A stretch of 64,000 nt of DNA from a virus. Within the stretch, counting starts at the first letter, position 1. Each line of letters starts with the position of its first letter. This document shows, piece after piece, positions 22,900-33,179 of the stretch. Below the pieces are notes generated by a model that saw nothing but the letters and a program-made list of their open reading frames with translations, made no database searches and was not told the origin of the DNA. The position numbers and the translations under genes were made by a program. Location of the stretch: positions 26,822-90,821 of the IMG/VR virus record IMGVR_UViG_3300019776_000365, one strand, 5' to 3'.

Positions 22900-24318
22900 T
22901 TAATACAGTATTAATGGCGTTTTAAATATTTGTTTTGAGTCTTCTATTAGATCAAAATATCCATAGTTATCATTAAATAGATTGTTGCATCTAGTAAAAT
23001 AAGTAGATCTTTCATTTATATAATCTAATAAATAAACAGATTCTTGCCCATTTGTTACAAGAATAATGTCTTCTAACGATGTTTTAACTCCTTGCTTATA
23101 CTCAACCTCTTCTGCATATTTTAAAATACTCATGCAAATAAACAACCAGTTAATAATTTTATATTTATTCAAAGTAGCATTATGCATTCTAAATTCAACA
23201 GTTTTACCGCCATTACCAAACAACAAATTGATAAAATTAATTGCATAATATCTGCGATTTATCTCCCATTTGCGATTTCTATCTGGATCTGATGGGTGAG
23301 GGTCATAAAATCCATTGAATTCAAAACCATCTTCTCCAGATAAATATTCATACAGCTTATCAAATTCTTCAAATTGAAGATCATCTGGCAATCTTTTGCA
23401 GTAATCCTTACCATGGCTTTTATATTCAGCGGTGTTAAAAATAGATCTTGGCATAATTGAAGATAAATCATCTTGAATGTCCACTAGAATATTATAAAGA
23501 TTCATAATTTTACACTTATCTAATGGGAATCCACCTAAATGCAAATGCACCGAGCATTCTTTGTCAATAAGACATTTATCATTAAGCTCGTCCAATTGGT
23601 TTAATAATAGATTTACACCATCTTTACCTTGCATTGGAATAGTTGTATACTCATGGCCATTAATAGAGCCATCCCTAAGTGGAATCAACCCTAATTGTTT
23701 GCATGTAAACTCTGGAATTAACCCACTAGATGTCTCAAACTCAAAGCCAAATGAATATTTATCTAGCAAATCAAACCAATTATTATAATCGAACTTAGCT
23801 TTTGTATATTTAGAATTGTTAATATCTTTAAATAAACTTATAATCTTATCAGAATTATACACCCTTTCAAAAGAATAATAATATTTATTATGGTAGGTTT
23901 TTCTTGATAAGTCATACCCAGAATACATTGCAGCTTTATAGTCAAAATACTCGCCCCTATTGCCAATATAAATCTTTGGAATAGAATCAAACACATTCAT
24001 ATTTATAACAGAAACATTTCCATTTCCATATGTTTGTATTTTAATATCAATTGATTTATCTTTCTCAAATCTACCAAATACATATTTATTATAGTCTTGT
24101 TTATATTCAACAATACCTATAGTTGTATTCTCTGTAGTCTTTAAATATCTTTGCAGTTCATTGTTGAAATAAATTTTTGGATTACCTTTTCTATACCACT
24201 TGCCATCAATATTAAAACAGTCAACATTCTTTTCAAAGAAATAATCGCCAATTTTAATACAGTCTTTTCTTAAAACCTCTTTACCTGATATTGTTGTTAC
24301 AAAATTTACTTGTGCCAT
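22900..24318 (-). CDS. putative amidoligase (COOH-NH2 ligase fold)
   Basis: FGFEFE, DGSI..HEY, CSVHLHLG, RYYAINF, TVEFRMH. Confidence 0.8.
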   Translation of the reverse strand: MAQVNFVTTISGKEVLRKDCIKIGDYFFEKNVDCFNIDGKWYRKGNPKIYFNNELQRYLKTTENTTIGIVEYKQDYNKYVFGRFEKDKSIDIKIQTYGNGNVSVINMNVFDSIPKIYIGNRGEYFDYKAAMYSGYDLSRKTYHNKYYYSFERVYNSDKIISLFKDINNSKYTKAKFDYNNWFDLLDKYSFGFEFETSSGLIPEFTCKQLGLIPLRDGSINGHEYTTIPMQGKDGVNLLLNQLDELNDKCLIDKECSVHLHLGGFPLDKCKIMNLYNILVDIQDDLSSIMPRSIFNTAEYKSHGKDYCKRLPDDLQFEEFDKLYEYLSGEDGFEFNGFYDPHPSDPDRNRKWEINRRYYAINFINLLFGNGGKTVEFRMHNATLNKYKIINWLFICMSILKYAEEVEYKQGVKTSLEDIILVTNGQESVYLLDYINERSTYFTRCNNLFNDNYGYFDLIEDSKQIFKTPLILY

Positions 24319-24341
24319 TTTATTATTTGTAATTTAATTAA

Positions 24342-25805
24342 TTATAGAAATCTTACTATCTCATCTGCTATCATTTCTTCTAGCATTTCATCGCTAATCA
24401 TACCCATTCTAATTCTAGAGTCAAGTAAAAGTGAATCTTTAGTTTGCTCATAAGATGGAATTCCAGCAGTTTTAAATTTATTAAACTCTGTAATTTCACC
24501 ATTACTGTTGCATTTATAAATCTCTTTGTCTAATGTGAAATATACCTGAAAAACACCACAGAATGGTAATATTGATTTAGTTGATGTATCAAAATGGTAC
24601 ATCTGATAGTCATTAGCACTGATTTCAAATGGTACTGGATGTACAGCAAATGGAGCTAAAAACACATCAATAAAATCATCGTCAGATTCTTGCTCTAATG
24701 CACTAATATATGCGTTTGCGCATAAATAGTCAAAATAGCTTTTAATCATAACTCCATCAATAAAGTAATAAGTAGATCCATAGGTTTCTGAATTAATTTC
24801 GTAACCACTATTGCTTAGCTTATACTCACCATTAGCTTTTTTATTATTAATGTAATAATACCCATCTGAAGATATTCCCATTTTTTTATTAACAAAAAGC
24901 TTTTGAGCTCGTATTTTATTTACAAATTCTTTCTCTGTTGGCTGGTTTGTACTGTGTTTGCTATTATAATACCCACCATAATCATAATCATCATAATCTT
25001 CATAAGAACCAAATGGCAGATATCTTTGACCAACAGTGCTTTTATAAGACAATTGTTTTGTTTGTTTTCTTTTAGATCTATCAATCTCTATTGTAGATTC
25101 AATATTACCGTTTTTAATTTTATAAAGAGTGTTACACTCCATGTCAACAATAGTATCATTGTCGTCCATTATGAATTCTAATGAGTTTTCCATTGATGAA
25201 AACCAAAATGAATTCTTATGATTAATAAAATATAACGGTCTTTCTTCATATAGTTTATCATCATTTTTATAAAACAATGACGCACCCTTGAAGATAAATA
25301 CTGTATTTAGATCTACACGACTATCCCAAAAAACAAAAGCACCAGCACCTTCATATTCTGATAATACCTTAAAGCCAGCTTTATAAACTATTTTACAAAA
25401 TATTTGAGAGTCAGTTTCGTGATTGCTATATGCAACATCATATGTATTTGCAAGTTCTTCATAGTTAATTAAAGTGCCATTATGAATCATAGCAAATACA
25501 GGCTTGTCGTTCTCATATATAACCACTGGTTGAGCTTGTTGTAGTCCTATAGCGCCTACTGATGCTTTTCTACAATGACCTAGAGCTATTGTTGGTTTAC
25601 CTATTTTTGCATCAATAAATAAACCATTTTCTACAAAATCTTTGAATTTTTTGTTTTTATCAGCACCATAAGCTACATCTGTTTTTAATTTACCGTGATG
25701 AAACACCCCACATGAATCACCACCTCTAGCGTCATTGTACAACCCTAATACTTTGAATTTATTTTTATCGTAATTTGTTCCAATATGTCCAAAAATTCCA
25801 CACAT
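24342..25805 (-). CDS. class II (Ntn) glutamine amidotransferase
   Basis: N-terminal MCGIFG, RGGDSCG, GHCRKAS, HNGTL.N, TDS. Confidence 0.9.
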   Translation of the reverse strand: MCGIFGHIGTNYDKNKFKVLGLYNDARGGDSCGVFHHGKLKTDVAYGADKNKKFKDFVENGLFIDAKIGKPTIALGHCRKASVGAIGLQQAQPVVIYENDKPVFAMIHNGTLINYEELANTYDVAYSNHETDSQIFCKIVYKAGFKVLSEYEGAGAFVFWDSRVDLNTVFIFKGASLFYKNDDKLYEERPLYFINHKNSFWFSSMENSLEFIMDDNDTIVDMECNTLYKIKNGNIESTIEIDRSKRKQTKQLSYKSTVGQRYLPFGSYEDYDDYDYGGYYNSKHSTNQPTEKEFVNKIRAQKLFVNKKMGISSDGYYYINNKKANGEYKLSNSGYEINSETYGSTYYFIDGVMIKSYFDYLCANAYISALEQESDDDFIDVFLAPFAVHPVPFEISANDYQMYHFDTSTKSILPFCGVFQVYFTLDKEIYKCNSNGEITEFNKFKTAGIPSYEQTKDSLLLDSRIRMGMISDEMLEEMIADEIVRFL

Positions 25806-25842
25806 AAGTTAATTGTTGTTAATTTATAATACTTAATAGTTT

Positions 25843-25879
25843 AAAAAAAAAGAAACGCCTAGTTTTTACGCTAGGCGTT
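25843..25879 (-). terminator. Rho-independent terminator
   Basis: AACGCCTAG/CTAGGCGTT stem; the A-run on + is the U-tail on -. Confidence 0.7.
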
Positions 25880-25886
25880 ATTGCAA

Positions 25887-26705
25887 TTACATAATAGCTT
25901 CTTCTTGATAGATTTTGAATTTACTTATAATTGATTTAGCTAAATCCCTATCACCAGTATTAATACACTGAATAATATCGTTTTTAGCTTCATTAATGGC
26001 ATCGAGTCCAAACTCATTAAGATATTCAATAGCCATTAAAGTTCTGTCTAACGACCATTTAAACAGTTCTCTTGAGCTGATAAAATGACCAGAAAGAACT
26101 CTATATTCGCATCCGAATGGAGTTAGCCTGAAGCATCCAGCCTTACCATACAATCTACGTCTATTCATGTCACCATCAAGAAGCGCAGATGGCACCCCAA
26201 CGAATAAATCCATTGCTTTAATTAGGTTTAAAGATGCATTTGGGTTAAAATCATCATATCCAACATGGATGTGACATCCCGCCGATCTAAGGTTTGTATT
26301 TTGACCGTTCGGCTTTTCGTTTTTGTTTGCAGTCCATGCATTATAGTCTGGATCACAACCGAACATTTTAGATTCATCTGATTGTAGCTGGTCATCAGCA
26401 AACACACCAGAAGCCGCATATACTGGTTTTAAATTAAATGAGCTAAGATATTCAGTAATATACGATTTCATTAGCTCTACATTATCCGCCACAACTGATG
26501 GGCTACTATGTGGTGGTACATTAAACTCACCTAACACATTATCTACCTGAATTGCATATCCTTTGCCTAGTGATAATATGTGAGATGGTTCATCTTTAGT
26601 TCCTTGAATAATACCAATAGAACTAATTAGTTTGCCATTATTGTCTGAAATGAAAAACTCTGGATCTGTGCCTAATGTTACGTTTTTATATTGAAATGGT
26701 TTCAT
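25887..26705 (-). CDS. phiEco32-like COOH-NH2 ligase type 2
   Basis: LGTDPEFF, QVDNVLGEFN, FGCDPDYNAW, RSAGCHIHVG, RRRLYGKAG, EYR. Confidence 0.85.
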   Translation of the reverse strand: MKPFQYKNVTLGTDPEFFISDNNGKLISSIGIIQGTKDEPSHILSLGKGYAIQVDNVLGEFNVPPHSSPSVVADNVELMKSYITEYLSSFNLKPVYAASGVFADDQLQSDESKMFGCDPDYNAWTANKNEKPNGQNTNLRSAGCHIHVGYDDFNPNASLNLIKAMDLFVGVPSALLDGDMNRRRLYGKAGCFRLTPFGCEYRVLSGHFISSRELFKWSLDRTLMAIEYLNEFGLDAINEAKNDIIQCINTGDRDLAKSIISKFKIYQEEAIM

Positions 26706-26739
26706 TTTATTTTATTTTAATAATTAATAAATAACTGTT

Positions 26740-26925
26740 TTAAATTCTTCCACCAATAATATCGCCATTATTTCTTACAGCTATATATAATTGATCTGGA
26801 ATAAAAGCATTTTCCCATATTGGATCTATACCCATTGGTTGTCCTTGTAATTTAATATGTTTTCTAACATTTCCCAAGGCAGCCATCATTTTCTCTGCGT
26901 CAAATTTTACATCTTTTACTTCCAC
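26740..26925 (-). CDS. hypothetical protein
   Basis: 61-aa ORF within the cluster. Confidence 0.55.
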   Translation of the reverse strand: MEVKDVKFDAEKMMAALGNVRKHIKLQGQPMGIDPIWENAFIPDQLYIAVRNNGDIIGGRI

Positions 26926-27602
26926 TTCTTTTTGTGGTTTAGCTGGCTTTTAGGCTGTTCTTTTTTAACCACATCATCAAGAAGTTCATTTACCAACATA
27001 TTGATAAACTTAACAGCTTCTGACTTTTTAGGCATATATTCAGGATGACCTTGAATACACAAGCAATTTGTTTTATTATAATAAACAATCTCTGGTTCTA
27101 CGAAATTATCCGGCAATTTTTTCTCGTTATCCCATCCATCTAAATATGTTTTAGATAGATTTTTTGAAGATTTTGCAATAATCGTATAGTCAGATGGATT
27201 CATATCAAATGGATACATCATTTGATGATGTGTACTAGTGATATTAAATTTAATATTAGCACCCAACACTTCAATTTCGTGGTCGCCATTGCAATGCCCA
27301 GTAGTGTGTTGCACTAATTTACCCCCAGATTTAGCTGTGCAAAATTGACTTCCACGGCATATTCCAACTATTATTTTCCCCAAATTAACAGCTTTTTCAA
27401 ATTCTTCAATTTCATGAAGATCTCTAGATGTGTTATAATACGTTTGTTTACCTTTTGGTTCGTCATATAATGATGGATGTACATCTTCTCCGCCTGTAAA
27501 TATAACTAAATCAGCCAACTCCATGTCGTCAACCAATTCAAATTTACATGTTAGAAAATTAGCATAATTTGTTGCACCACTTACTACATATACTTTTATC
27601 AT
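26916..27602 (-). CDS. class I glutamine amidotransferase-like (peptidase C26 / PuuD-like)
   Basis: FTGGEDVHP, GICRG.Q, HHQ, QGHPE. Confidence 0.9.
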   Translation of the reverse strand: MIKVYVVSGATNYANFLTCKFELVDDMELADLVIFTGGEDVHPSLYDEPKGKQTYYNTSRDLHEIEEFEKAVNLGKIIVGICRGSQFCTAKSGGKLVQHTTGHCNGDHEIEVLGANIKFNITSTHHQMMYPFDMNPSDYTIIAKSSKNLSKTYLDGWDNEKKLPDNFVEPEIVYYNKTNCLCIQGHPEYMPKKSEAVKFINMLVNELLDDVVKKEQPKSQLNHKKKWK

Positions 27603-28366
27603 AATCCAATAATTTTTTTATTATTTTTTAATAGTTTTAATGTCTTTTTATCTATTGTGTTTGTTTTCATTAAATCTACAAACTGGTCGCTTTCTTCATA
27701 GTCACGAAACACCTCAAGTTTACCTCTATAGCTATCATCTAGTTGAATAGATTTTCCCACTTTATTAACATCCTTGTCGTTTATATTCTTGATTATATCT
27801 ATATCAGTAATTGTTGATTTCGCTCCAAAAGAAGTGCATTCGTGAATACCTGAATTAAAACCTGGCATAATACTATTAGCCAATACGTATCTTTTAGATA
27901 AACTCAATCTTTTAAATCCACAGGTATTTTTCATAGCAAAAGCAAGTTTAACTGGGGCTAATACTTTCATCTCATATAGATTCCTAACCATAGTTAATGC
28001 TAGTTTAATCTTATAATGAGACATATTCTCAAAATCAGAATGTACCACTATGAATTTACCATGAACACCATCACTAGGAAAATTATCTTTAATTTCAAAT
28101 TTGAATTTAGTTAATTTAGTTACCCATTGTAGATATTCTTTTATTTCGTCCATAGTTAATGGGCAATAGTTGTTTAGATTTTCATCTAAATCACTTTCAT
28201 CTAATCTAACTAAAACCCCAAAATAACCATTATTGTTTTTTGGTTTAAAAGAATCACCCCCACTAAACGCTCTACTAAAACATGCTGAATTTACAAATAT
28301 TTTTTCTTCACCACCATTTACTTTGTAGTAATATGTAGTTGAATATGACAGAAATTTAATATTCAT
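27599..28366 (-). CDS. hypothetical protein
   Basis: 255-aa ORF ending in TGA with an ATGA overlap onto the next gene. Confidence 0.75.
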   Translation of the reverse strand: MNIKFLSYSTTYYYKVNGGEEKIFVNSACFSRAFSGGDSFKPKNNNGYFGVLVRLDESDLDENLNNYCPLTMDEIKEYLQWVTKLTKFKFEIKDNFPSDGVHGKFIVVHSDFENMSHYKIKLALTMVRNLYEMKVLAPVKLAFAMKNTCGFKRLSLSKRYVLANSIMPGFNSGIHECTSFGAKSTITDIDIIKNINDKDVNKVGKSIQLDDSYRGKLEVFRDYEESDQFVDLMKTNTIDKKTLKLLKNNKKIIGL

Positions 28367-28368
28367 CT

Positions 28369-29184
28369 TTAAACCATTTTTTTAAGTTGTTCAATATATT
28401 TTTCTAATGTTATATCTCCAAGTGAGCTTGCGGAGTTTGTTTCTAAAATAATAAAGTAAGGTTCAAAATCATCTTTTTTGTTTTTTTCTGTTTGAACCTT
28501 AACATCACATGAGCAAATATCTAAACCTACCGCTTGCATAGCTTTAACGCATTCTTCAACTATTTTATCCCAGTTTTTAGGTTTTTCAAATAAATCATTG
28601 TCTTCAAGAATCCATACTGAATTCATGTCGTGTCTATGCCATCTAACTTCTGCATCATTTTTAAGCATTTTACGACATGTGTAAAAGCAACCATCTTTAG
28701 TTACGTGCAAACGATACTCTTTAGTGCAATTATAATATTTTTCAATAATATAATTTCCTACATTATGATTAGCTACAAATTCAGATAATTTTTCTTGATT
28801 TTCTATATAGAAAATACCATTACCTTTTGAGCTATTCTTATGTTTGATGATTGCTGGGAATATATCCCAATTAAATTCAGCATTATTGAAATATAATGGA
28901 GACCATTCTGCTGACTTTATTTTATGATAATCAAACCATCCCTTCATTATAATCTTATCACCACTTTTTGCACAAGCTTCTGCTGTGTTTATCTCACGAA
29001 TTGGCTTACCTAACTTAACTCCTTTTGGGAATATCTTTTCAGTTGGTGTTGTTGAGCCCATTCGTAATACAGTTCTAACATCGCAATCTATTAGATTCTT
29101 CAGTGGCTTTGCTGAGTAATTTCTACTTCTAATTTGTAATTTCATTTTATCATAAAAATAAAGGGCTATATTTCTATAGCCCAA
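28369..29184 (-). CDS. ATP-grasp ligase (RimK-like)
   Basis: FPAIIK...SKGNG, IEKY, EYRLHV, LD.C..DV, ILETNSA; likely start is the ATG at 29145. Confidence 0.8.
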   Translation of the reverse strand: MGYRNIALYFYDKMKLQIRSRNYSAKPLKNLIDCDVRTVLRMGSTTPTEKIFPKGVKLGKPIREINTAEACAKSGDKIIMKGWFDYHKIKSAEWSPLYFNNAEFNWDIFPAIIKHKNSSKGNGIFYIENQEKLSEFVANHNVGNYIIEKYYNCTKEYRLHVTKDGCFYTCRKMLKNDAEVRWHRHDMNSVWILEDNDLFEKPKNWDKIVEECVKAMQAVGLDICSCDVKVQTEKNKKDDFEPYFIILETNSASSLGDITLEKYIEQLKKMV

Positions 29185-29193
29185 TTAATAATT

Positions 29194-29412
29194 TCAATAC
29201 AATTCTTTAACTTTGTTATATACTAGATTAGCTAAATCCTTTGTAGATAACCTCATATACATACCAAATTGGTTACAACCTTTGGCTGCATTTGTTGATT
29301 TTATGATCCAATACAATTCCCATCTGCTAAGAGATGAAAATCTTCTAGCACTTAAATTAGAAAGAAATGGAAATCTTTGAATTAACTTATTAAACAAAAC
29401 TGCTTTTTTCAT
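29194..29412 (-). CDS. hypothetical protein
   Basis: 72-aa ORF ending in TGA. Confidence 0.6.
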   Translation of the reverse strand: MKKAVLFNKLIQRFPFLSNLSARRFSSLSRWELYWIIKSTNAAKGCNQFGMYMRLSTKDLANLVYNKVKELY

Positions 29413-29414
29413 AA

Positions 29415-30422
29415 TTATTTTATTAAATTAAAAATTGTTTCTTTGAATATCTTTTCACCATGATTTCTATAAAGATCAAATGAATCTTTTGATAGTAATT
29501 TAGTTGGTATTTCTATTTGAGGTAACTTAAACTCATTTGCTATTTTAGCACCATAAATTCTACCGTGATTTTCATCTTTATCAAAATCATTGTCATATAA
29601 TACAAAAATGTTTTTAAATCTACTTTTTAGTTCATCTACTACTTGTTTTTTAGGAAATCCACTTTCTGACTGTAATGATGTGCATGGTATCCCAGCATGT
29701 TTCCATATAGTTAATGCGTCTTTTCTTGATTTGGTTATAATCAACACATCACCAGTAGATGGTAGCTGCTGCCATAAGTCCCATACGCCATCCTTGTGAG
29801 ATGTAAGCCATTTAAAACACTTGCTGTATGGTTGATATGTCTTTATAGTTTGAATATTATCCTTAGCTTCTAAATAAGCATACGCCAATCTATCCGCTGG
29901 TATAATTGATTCTTTTAAATCACCAAATCTATCTATTCTTTTATAGAATATATGAGTTATTGGATATACATTGCCAAATCTAAGAAAATCCTCATCTAAA
30001 CCACCTTGCATCCAAAACTCATTGTCATAGCTTCTGAATTTTCTAATTTTAACATTAAGTTCTACGTTTGAACTATATACTTTGTGTTGTGATTTTTGCT
30101 TTTTGATTTTATCTGGTTTTTCATCTAATGATTCTATGATATCTTTATGAATTTTCTCAACACACGATTGAAATGGAAGCTTCCATGTTTTAATAAAAAT
30201 ATCAATTAATCCGCCATACTCGTCTGTGCTAAAATCATGAAATATTATTCTATTAGATGAATTGTAGTATAGCCCAAAGGAAGGACTTTTATCCTCCCTA
30301 AATGGGCTATTGATTACAACAGGTATTCTATCTATATCAAAGTAAAAAGACAATATATCAAATTCTGTTTTGTAGTCAAATATATCACTTAATGATATTG
30401 TTTTACTTCCTTTAGATATCAT
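29415..30422 (-). CDS. DNA primase (crAss-type DnaG-like)
   Basis: SPFREDKSPSF, IITKS.KDA, TOPRIM YDND, KD..D. Confidence 0.85.
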   Translation of the reverse strand: MISKGSKTISLSDIFDYKTEFDILSFYFDIDRIPVVINSPFREDKSPSFGLYYNSSNRIIFHDFSTDEYGGLIDIFIKTWKLPFQSCVEKIHKDIIESLDEKPDKIKKQKSQHKVYSSNVELNVKIRKFRSYDNEFWMQGGLDEDFLRFGNVYPITHIFYKRIDRFGDLKESIIPADRLAYAYLEAKDNIQTIKTYQPYSKCFKWLTSHKDGVWDLWQQLPSTGDVLIITKSRKDALTIWKHAGIPCTSLQSESGFPKKQVVDELKSRFKNIFVLYDNDFDKDENHGRIYGAKIANEFKLPQIEIPTKLLSKDSFDLYRNHGEKIFKETIFNLIK

Positions 30423-30425
30423 TTA

Positions 30426-31382
30426 TTAAAATGGTAAATCATCTTTATTTACTGGCCATGCATTAACTTCTTGCCTTACTTCTTTTGCTGGTTCTTGAGC
30501 GCCTCCCCATACATCCTCTGATGCGTCTTGTTTAACAAAATCAGTCGCCTTAAGCTCGTATTGCTTAAAATCTGTAGTTTTACCAAAGTCTACGTTAGGA
30601 TATGAACCATTATCTTGTTTTTCTTTGATTTGCTTCATGGTATAGTCATACTTTTTAGTAGCAAATCTCATTGGGAATTCTTTGGCAAATTGCTGATAAA
30701 GCTTATTGTCGTCTGTTGATTTAACTCCACATACAAGCTTAACCCTGTTGTCTGGGTTAATACCAATAGCATCTTTTACACACTTAATATTACCCTTAAG
30801 TAATTCTTTAATTTCCGCAGCCTCAAATTGACATTCAGCATCTTCTGGTTTGTCAATTTCTACTCTAGACCAAGAACCATCGTCATTCTTTTTAGGTCTC
30901 ATACGGTCTGGAATTGATAGAAATGCTTTAATAAAGTTAGTAAAATCAACTTCTCCAACAAAAGCGGGGCGCATACCCTTGGTTGGAAACCAACTCATAT
31001 TTTCAGGCATCTTACCAGATTTTGCATTATCTACTGGTATATAAGAAGATTCGCCATATGCATTAATTACTTGAATTTTAAGACCATCATTACTGTATTT
31101 TACCTTATTGCTTATGAAATACATAATACGATCTTTCATCTGAATTTTCTCATCATCACCTGCATATTCAAGAATAAATTTAATCTCCGCTTGATCTACA
31201 CCATCTTTGTTTTTAATATATTCTGGTTCATTTTCGATCTCACGACCATAAATATCAGACATTTCTTTTGCTGTAGGATTAATTGAAATTACTTTAAATG
31301 GAGCTACACCTGTATAGCGAGCAAAGTTGTTTCCTGTTGTTGATTCTGCGTTGTTTGTTTGATTACCTTTAGAAAATGCCAT
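30426..31382 (-). CDS. probable single-stranded DNA-binding protein
   Basis: YTGVA...V..INPT..E N-terminus; acidic tail ending DDLPF; adjacent to primase. Confidence 0.7.
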   Translation of the reverse strand: MAFSKGNQTNNAESTTGNNFARYTGVAPFKVISINPTAKEMSDIYGREIENEPEYIKNKDGVDQAEIKFILEYAGDDEKIQMKDRIMYFISNKVKYSNDGLKIQVINAYGESSYIPVDNAKSGKMPENMSWFPTKGMRPAFVGEVDFTNFIKAFLSIPDRMRPKKNDDGSWSRVEIDKPEDAECQFEAAEIKELLKGNIKCVKDAIGINPDNRVKLVCGVKSTDDNKLYQQFAKEFPMRFATKKYDYTMKQIKEKQDNGSYPNVDFGKTTDFKQYELKATDFVKQDASEDVWGGAQEPAKEVRQEVNAWPVNKDDLPF

Positions 31383-31573
31383 AATTTTTATTTTTTAATT
31401 TGGTTAATTGTTTTGTTTATTTCTAAAATTTGATTCTGTAAATCTTTAATTTGTTTGTCCATTTCCCCTACTATCTTGCTTCTTTTTACTTGCAAGCAAA
31501 CTACTTTTGCATATAGCTTTTGTTTTGATTTTTCAAGTAATATCTCTTGAGTTTTTACTATAGACATAATTGT

Positions 31574-32360
31574 TTATTGATAAATATATTGATCAATGTA
31601 ATCTCTGTTTTGTGTAAAAATTGGAATTTCTGTGTCAATAAACCATTTATTTCTAACAACACCATTTGCTTCAATTTCTTTTTTAATAACACAAGAGCCT
31701 CTTTTATAATGTGTTTTAAAATCGTTAAAATTGATATCTTTTTCTATAAAAAGTTTTTCTTGAATTTGATTACAATTTTTATTTTCTAAACTTTTATGTG
31801 AAAAATTAGTTCTCCCAACCATTTGGATTGCATTTCTTGTTGCATCTTGTTGTCTCCAAATAAAACAATTACAAACTTCTTCTTTTGGTAAATTAAATAC
31901 ACGTGAATCGAATACAGCTTTATTAAATCTGTTTAACATAGTGTTTTTTTTAAGTTTATCATCTAATTCATTATTGTCAATACAATTATTCACGTTTTCA
32001 ATAAAATACTTATTGAAAGCTAATGTCGCTAATGAAGCTGAAATAGAACACATTTTTTTTTGGATGTTTTTTATCAAACCAAGATTGGGTTGTGATATTT
32101 TCATAATCAGTTAGAACTAATGTTATTTCATCTGATTGTGTATAAGCAATTTTACAACTTTGGATATTTTCACAAAGGAACTTTGCTGTTTCTTGCATTG
32201 TTTTAATTAAAACATCGTCAAATGGTTTTTTAAACCCTCTTGTGAATGTGTGAAATGCTTTACCATCCAATCTTATAATTGTTGGACTTCTTCTCATTAG
32301 AAAACGTCTTTCGATATTTTCATACTGTTTCATCCTATCGCCTAAACTATCTTTTTTCAT
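31574..32360 (-). pseudogene. Thg1-like tRNA(His) guanylyltransferase / 3'-5' polymerase, split by a one-base homopolymer frameshift
   Basis: LGDRMK.YE, IIRLDGKAFHTFT, YTQSDEITL lie in one frame; S.SAS, FDSR, WRQQDATRN in another. The break is at the A6 tract (32067-32072) next to an A9 tract (32053-32061). Confidence 0.8.
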
Positions 32361-32465
32361 AATTATTTCTTTCTTTTTTTTGGTTGAGCTCCACTGATAT
32401 AATGGGTTACATAGATTAACTGACCTTCGCAAGATCCAATACAATATTTTACCTCATGCATATTA

Positions 32466-33179
32466 TTATTTATAAAATTCGTTAATCCTATCCACCACAT
32501 ACCCTAGGTCATTTGGTATGTATAGTTCTTCAAACATACCAAATGGACTTTTAGGAGAGCTACAGAATTCATCTTCATTTGTAATAAACTCTTTTACTAC
32601 TTTTTTAGCACCAGCATCAAACCTACTTTTACCAACTAGTGTTATATCAAACAAACCTTCTGGCGTGGAGTATTCGTCCACCATTTTGCCGGTGGTTTTA
32701 AATTTCACATAAACCCTACCATCTTGGCTAGGCACATCTTCACCATGAGCTAAAACAAATACATTTCTATCTAATGTGCTGTATTTATCGATAGCAGAAA
32801 AAAATTTACCCATGAAATAACCAATTTTTTTCGGTGCTTCCCAACCCGACTTTAAAGCATTATCCATATACCAGTCTTGCATCATATAGTTAGAATCATC
32901 TACAATAACATTTGTAAATGGACTATTTGGTGATGCCAATTTATCTAACACGGTTGCAACAACCTCTGGATTGTTGGATATAATACGATTACCTTTCGCT
33001 AATTGATCTGGTGTAGTTAAAATATAATCTTTCGCATTAGCAAATGGCAGCGGCTTACCTTTTACGCTAATTACAAAAGTTTTTTTAGGATCTAATCCTT
33101 TAATATTTAATTGTGGAATTGAACCAAAACTTGATGATTTTCCAAAACCGCTTTTTGCTAATACTAGAATTCTGCTCAT
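32466..33179 (-). CDS. AAA-family ATPase (Sak4/AAA_24-like recombination ATPase)
   Basis: Walker A AKSGFGKS, IVDD, LAH, KTTGKM, KSP.GMF, IPNDL. Confidence 0.75.
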   Translation of the reverse strand: MSRILVLAKSGFGKSSSFGSIPQLNIKGLDPKKTFVISVKGKPLPFANAKDYILTTPDQLAKGNRIISNNPEVVATVLDKLASPNSPFTNVIVDDSNYMMQDWYMDNALKSGWEAPKKIGYFMGKFFSAIDKYSTLDRNVFVLAHGEDVPSQDGRVYVKFKTTGKMVDEYSTPEGLFDITLVGKSRFDAGAKKVVKEFITNEDEFCSSPKSPFGMFEELYIPNDLGYVVDRINEFYK

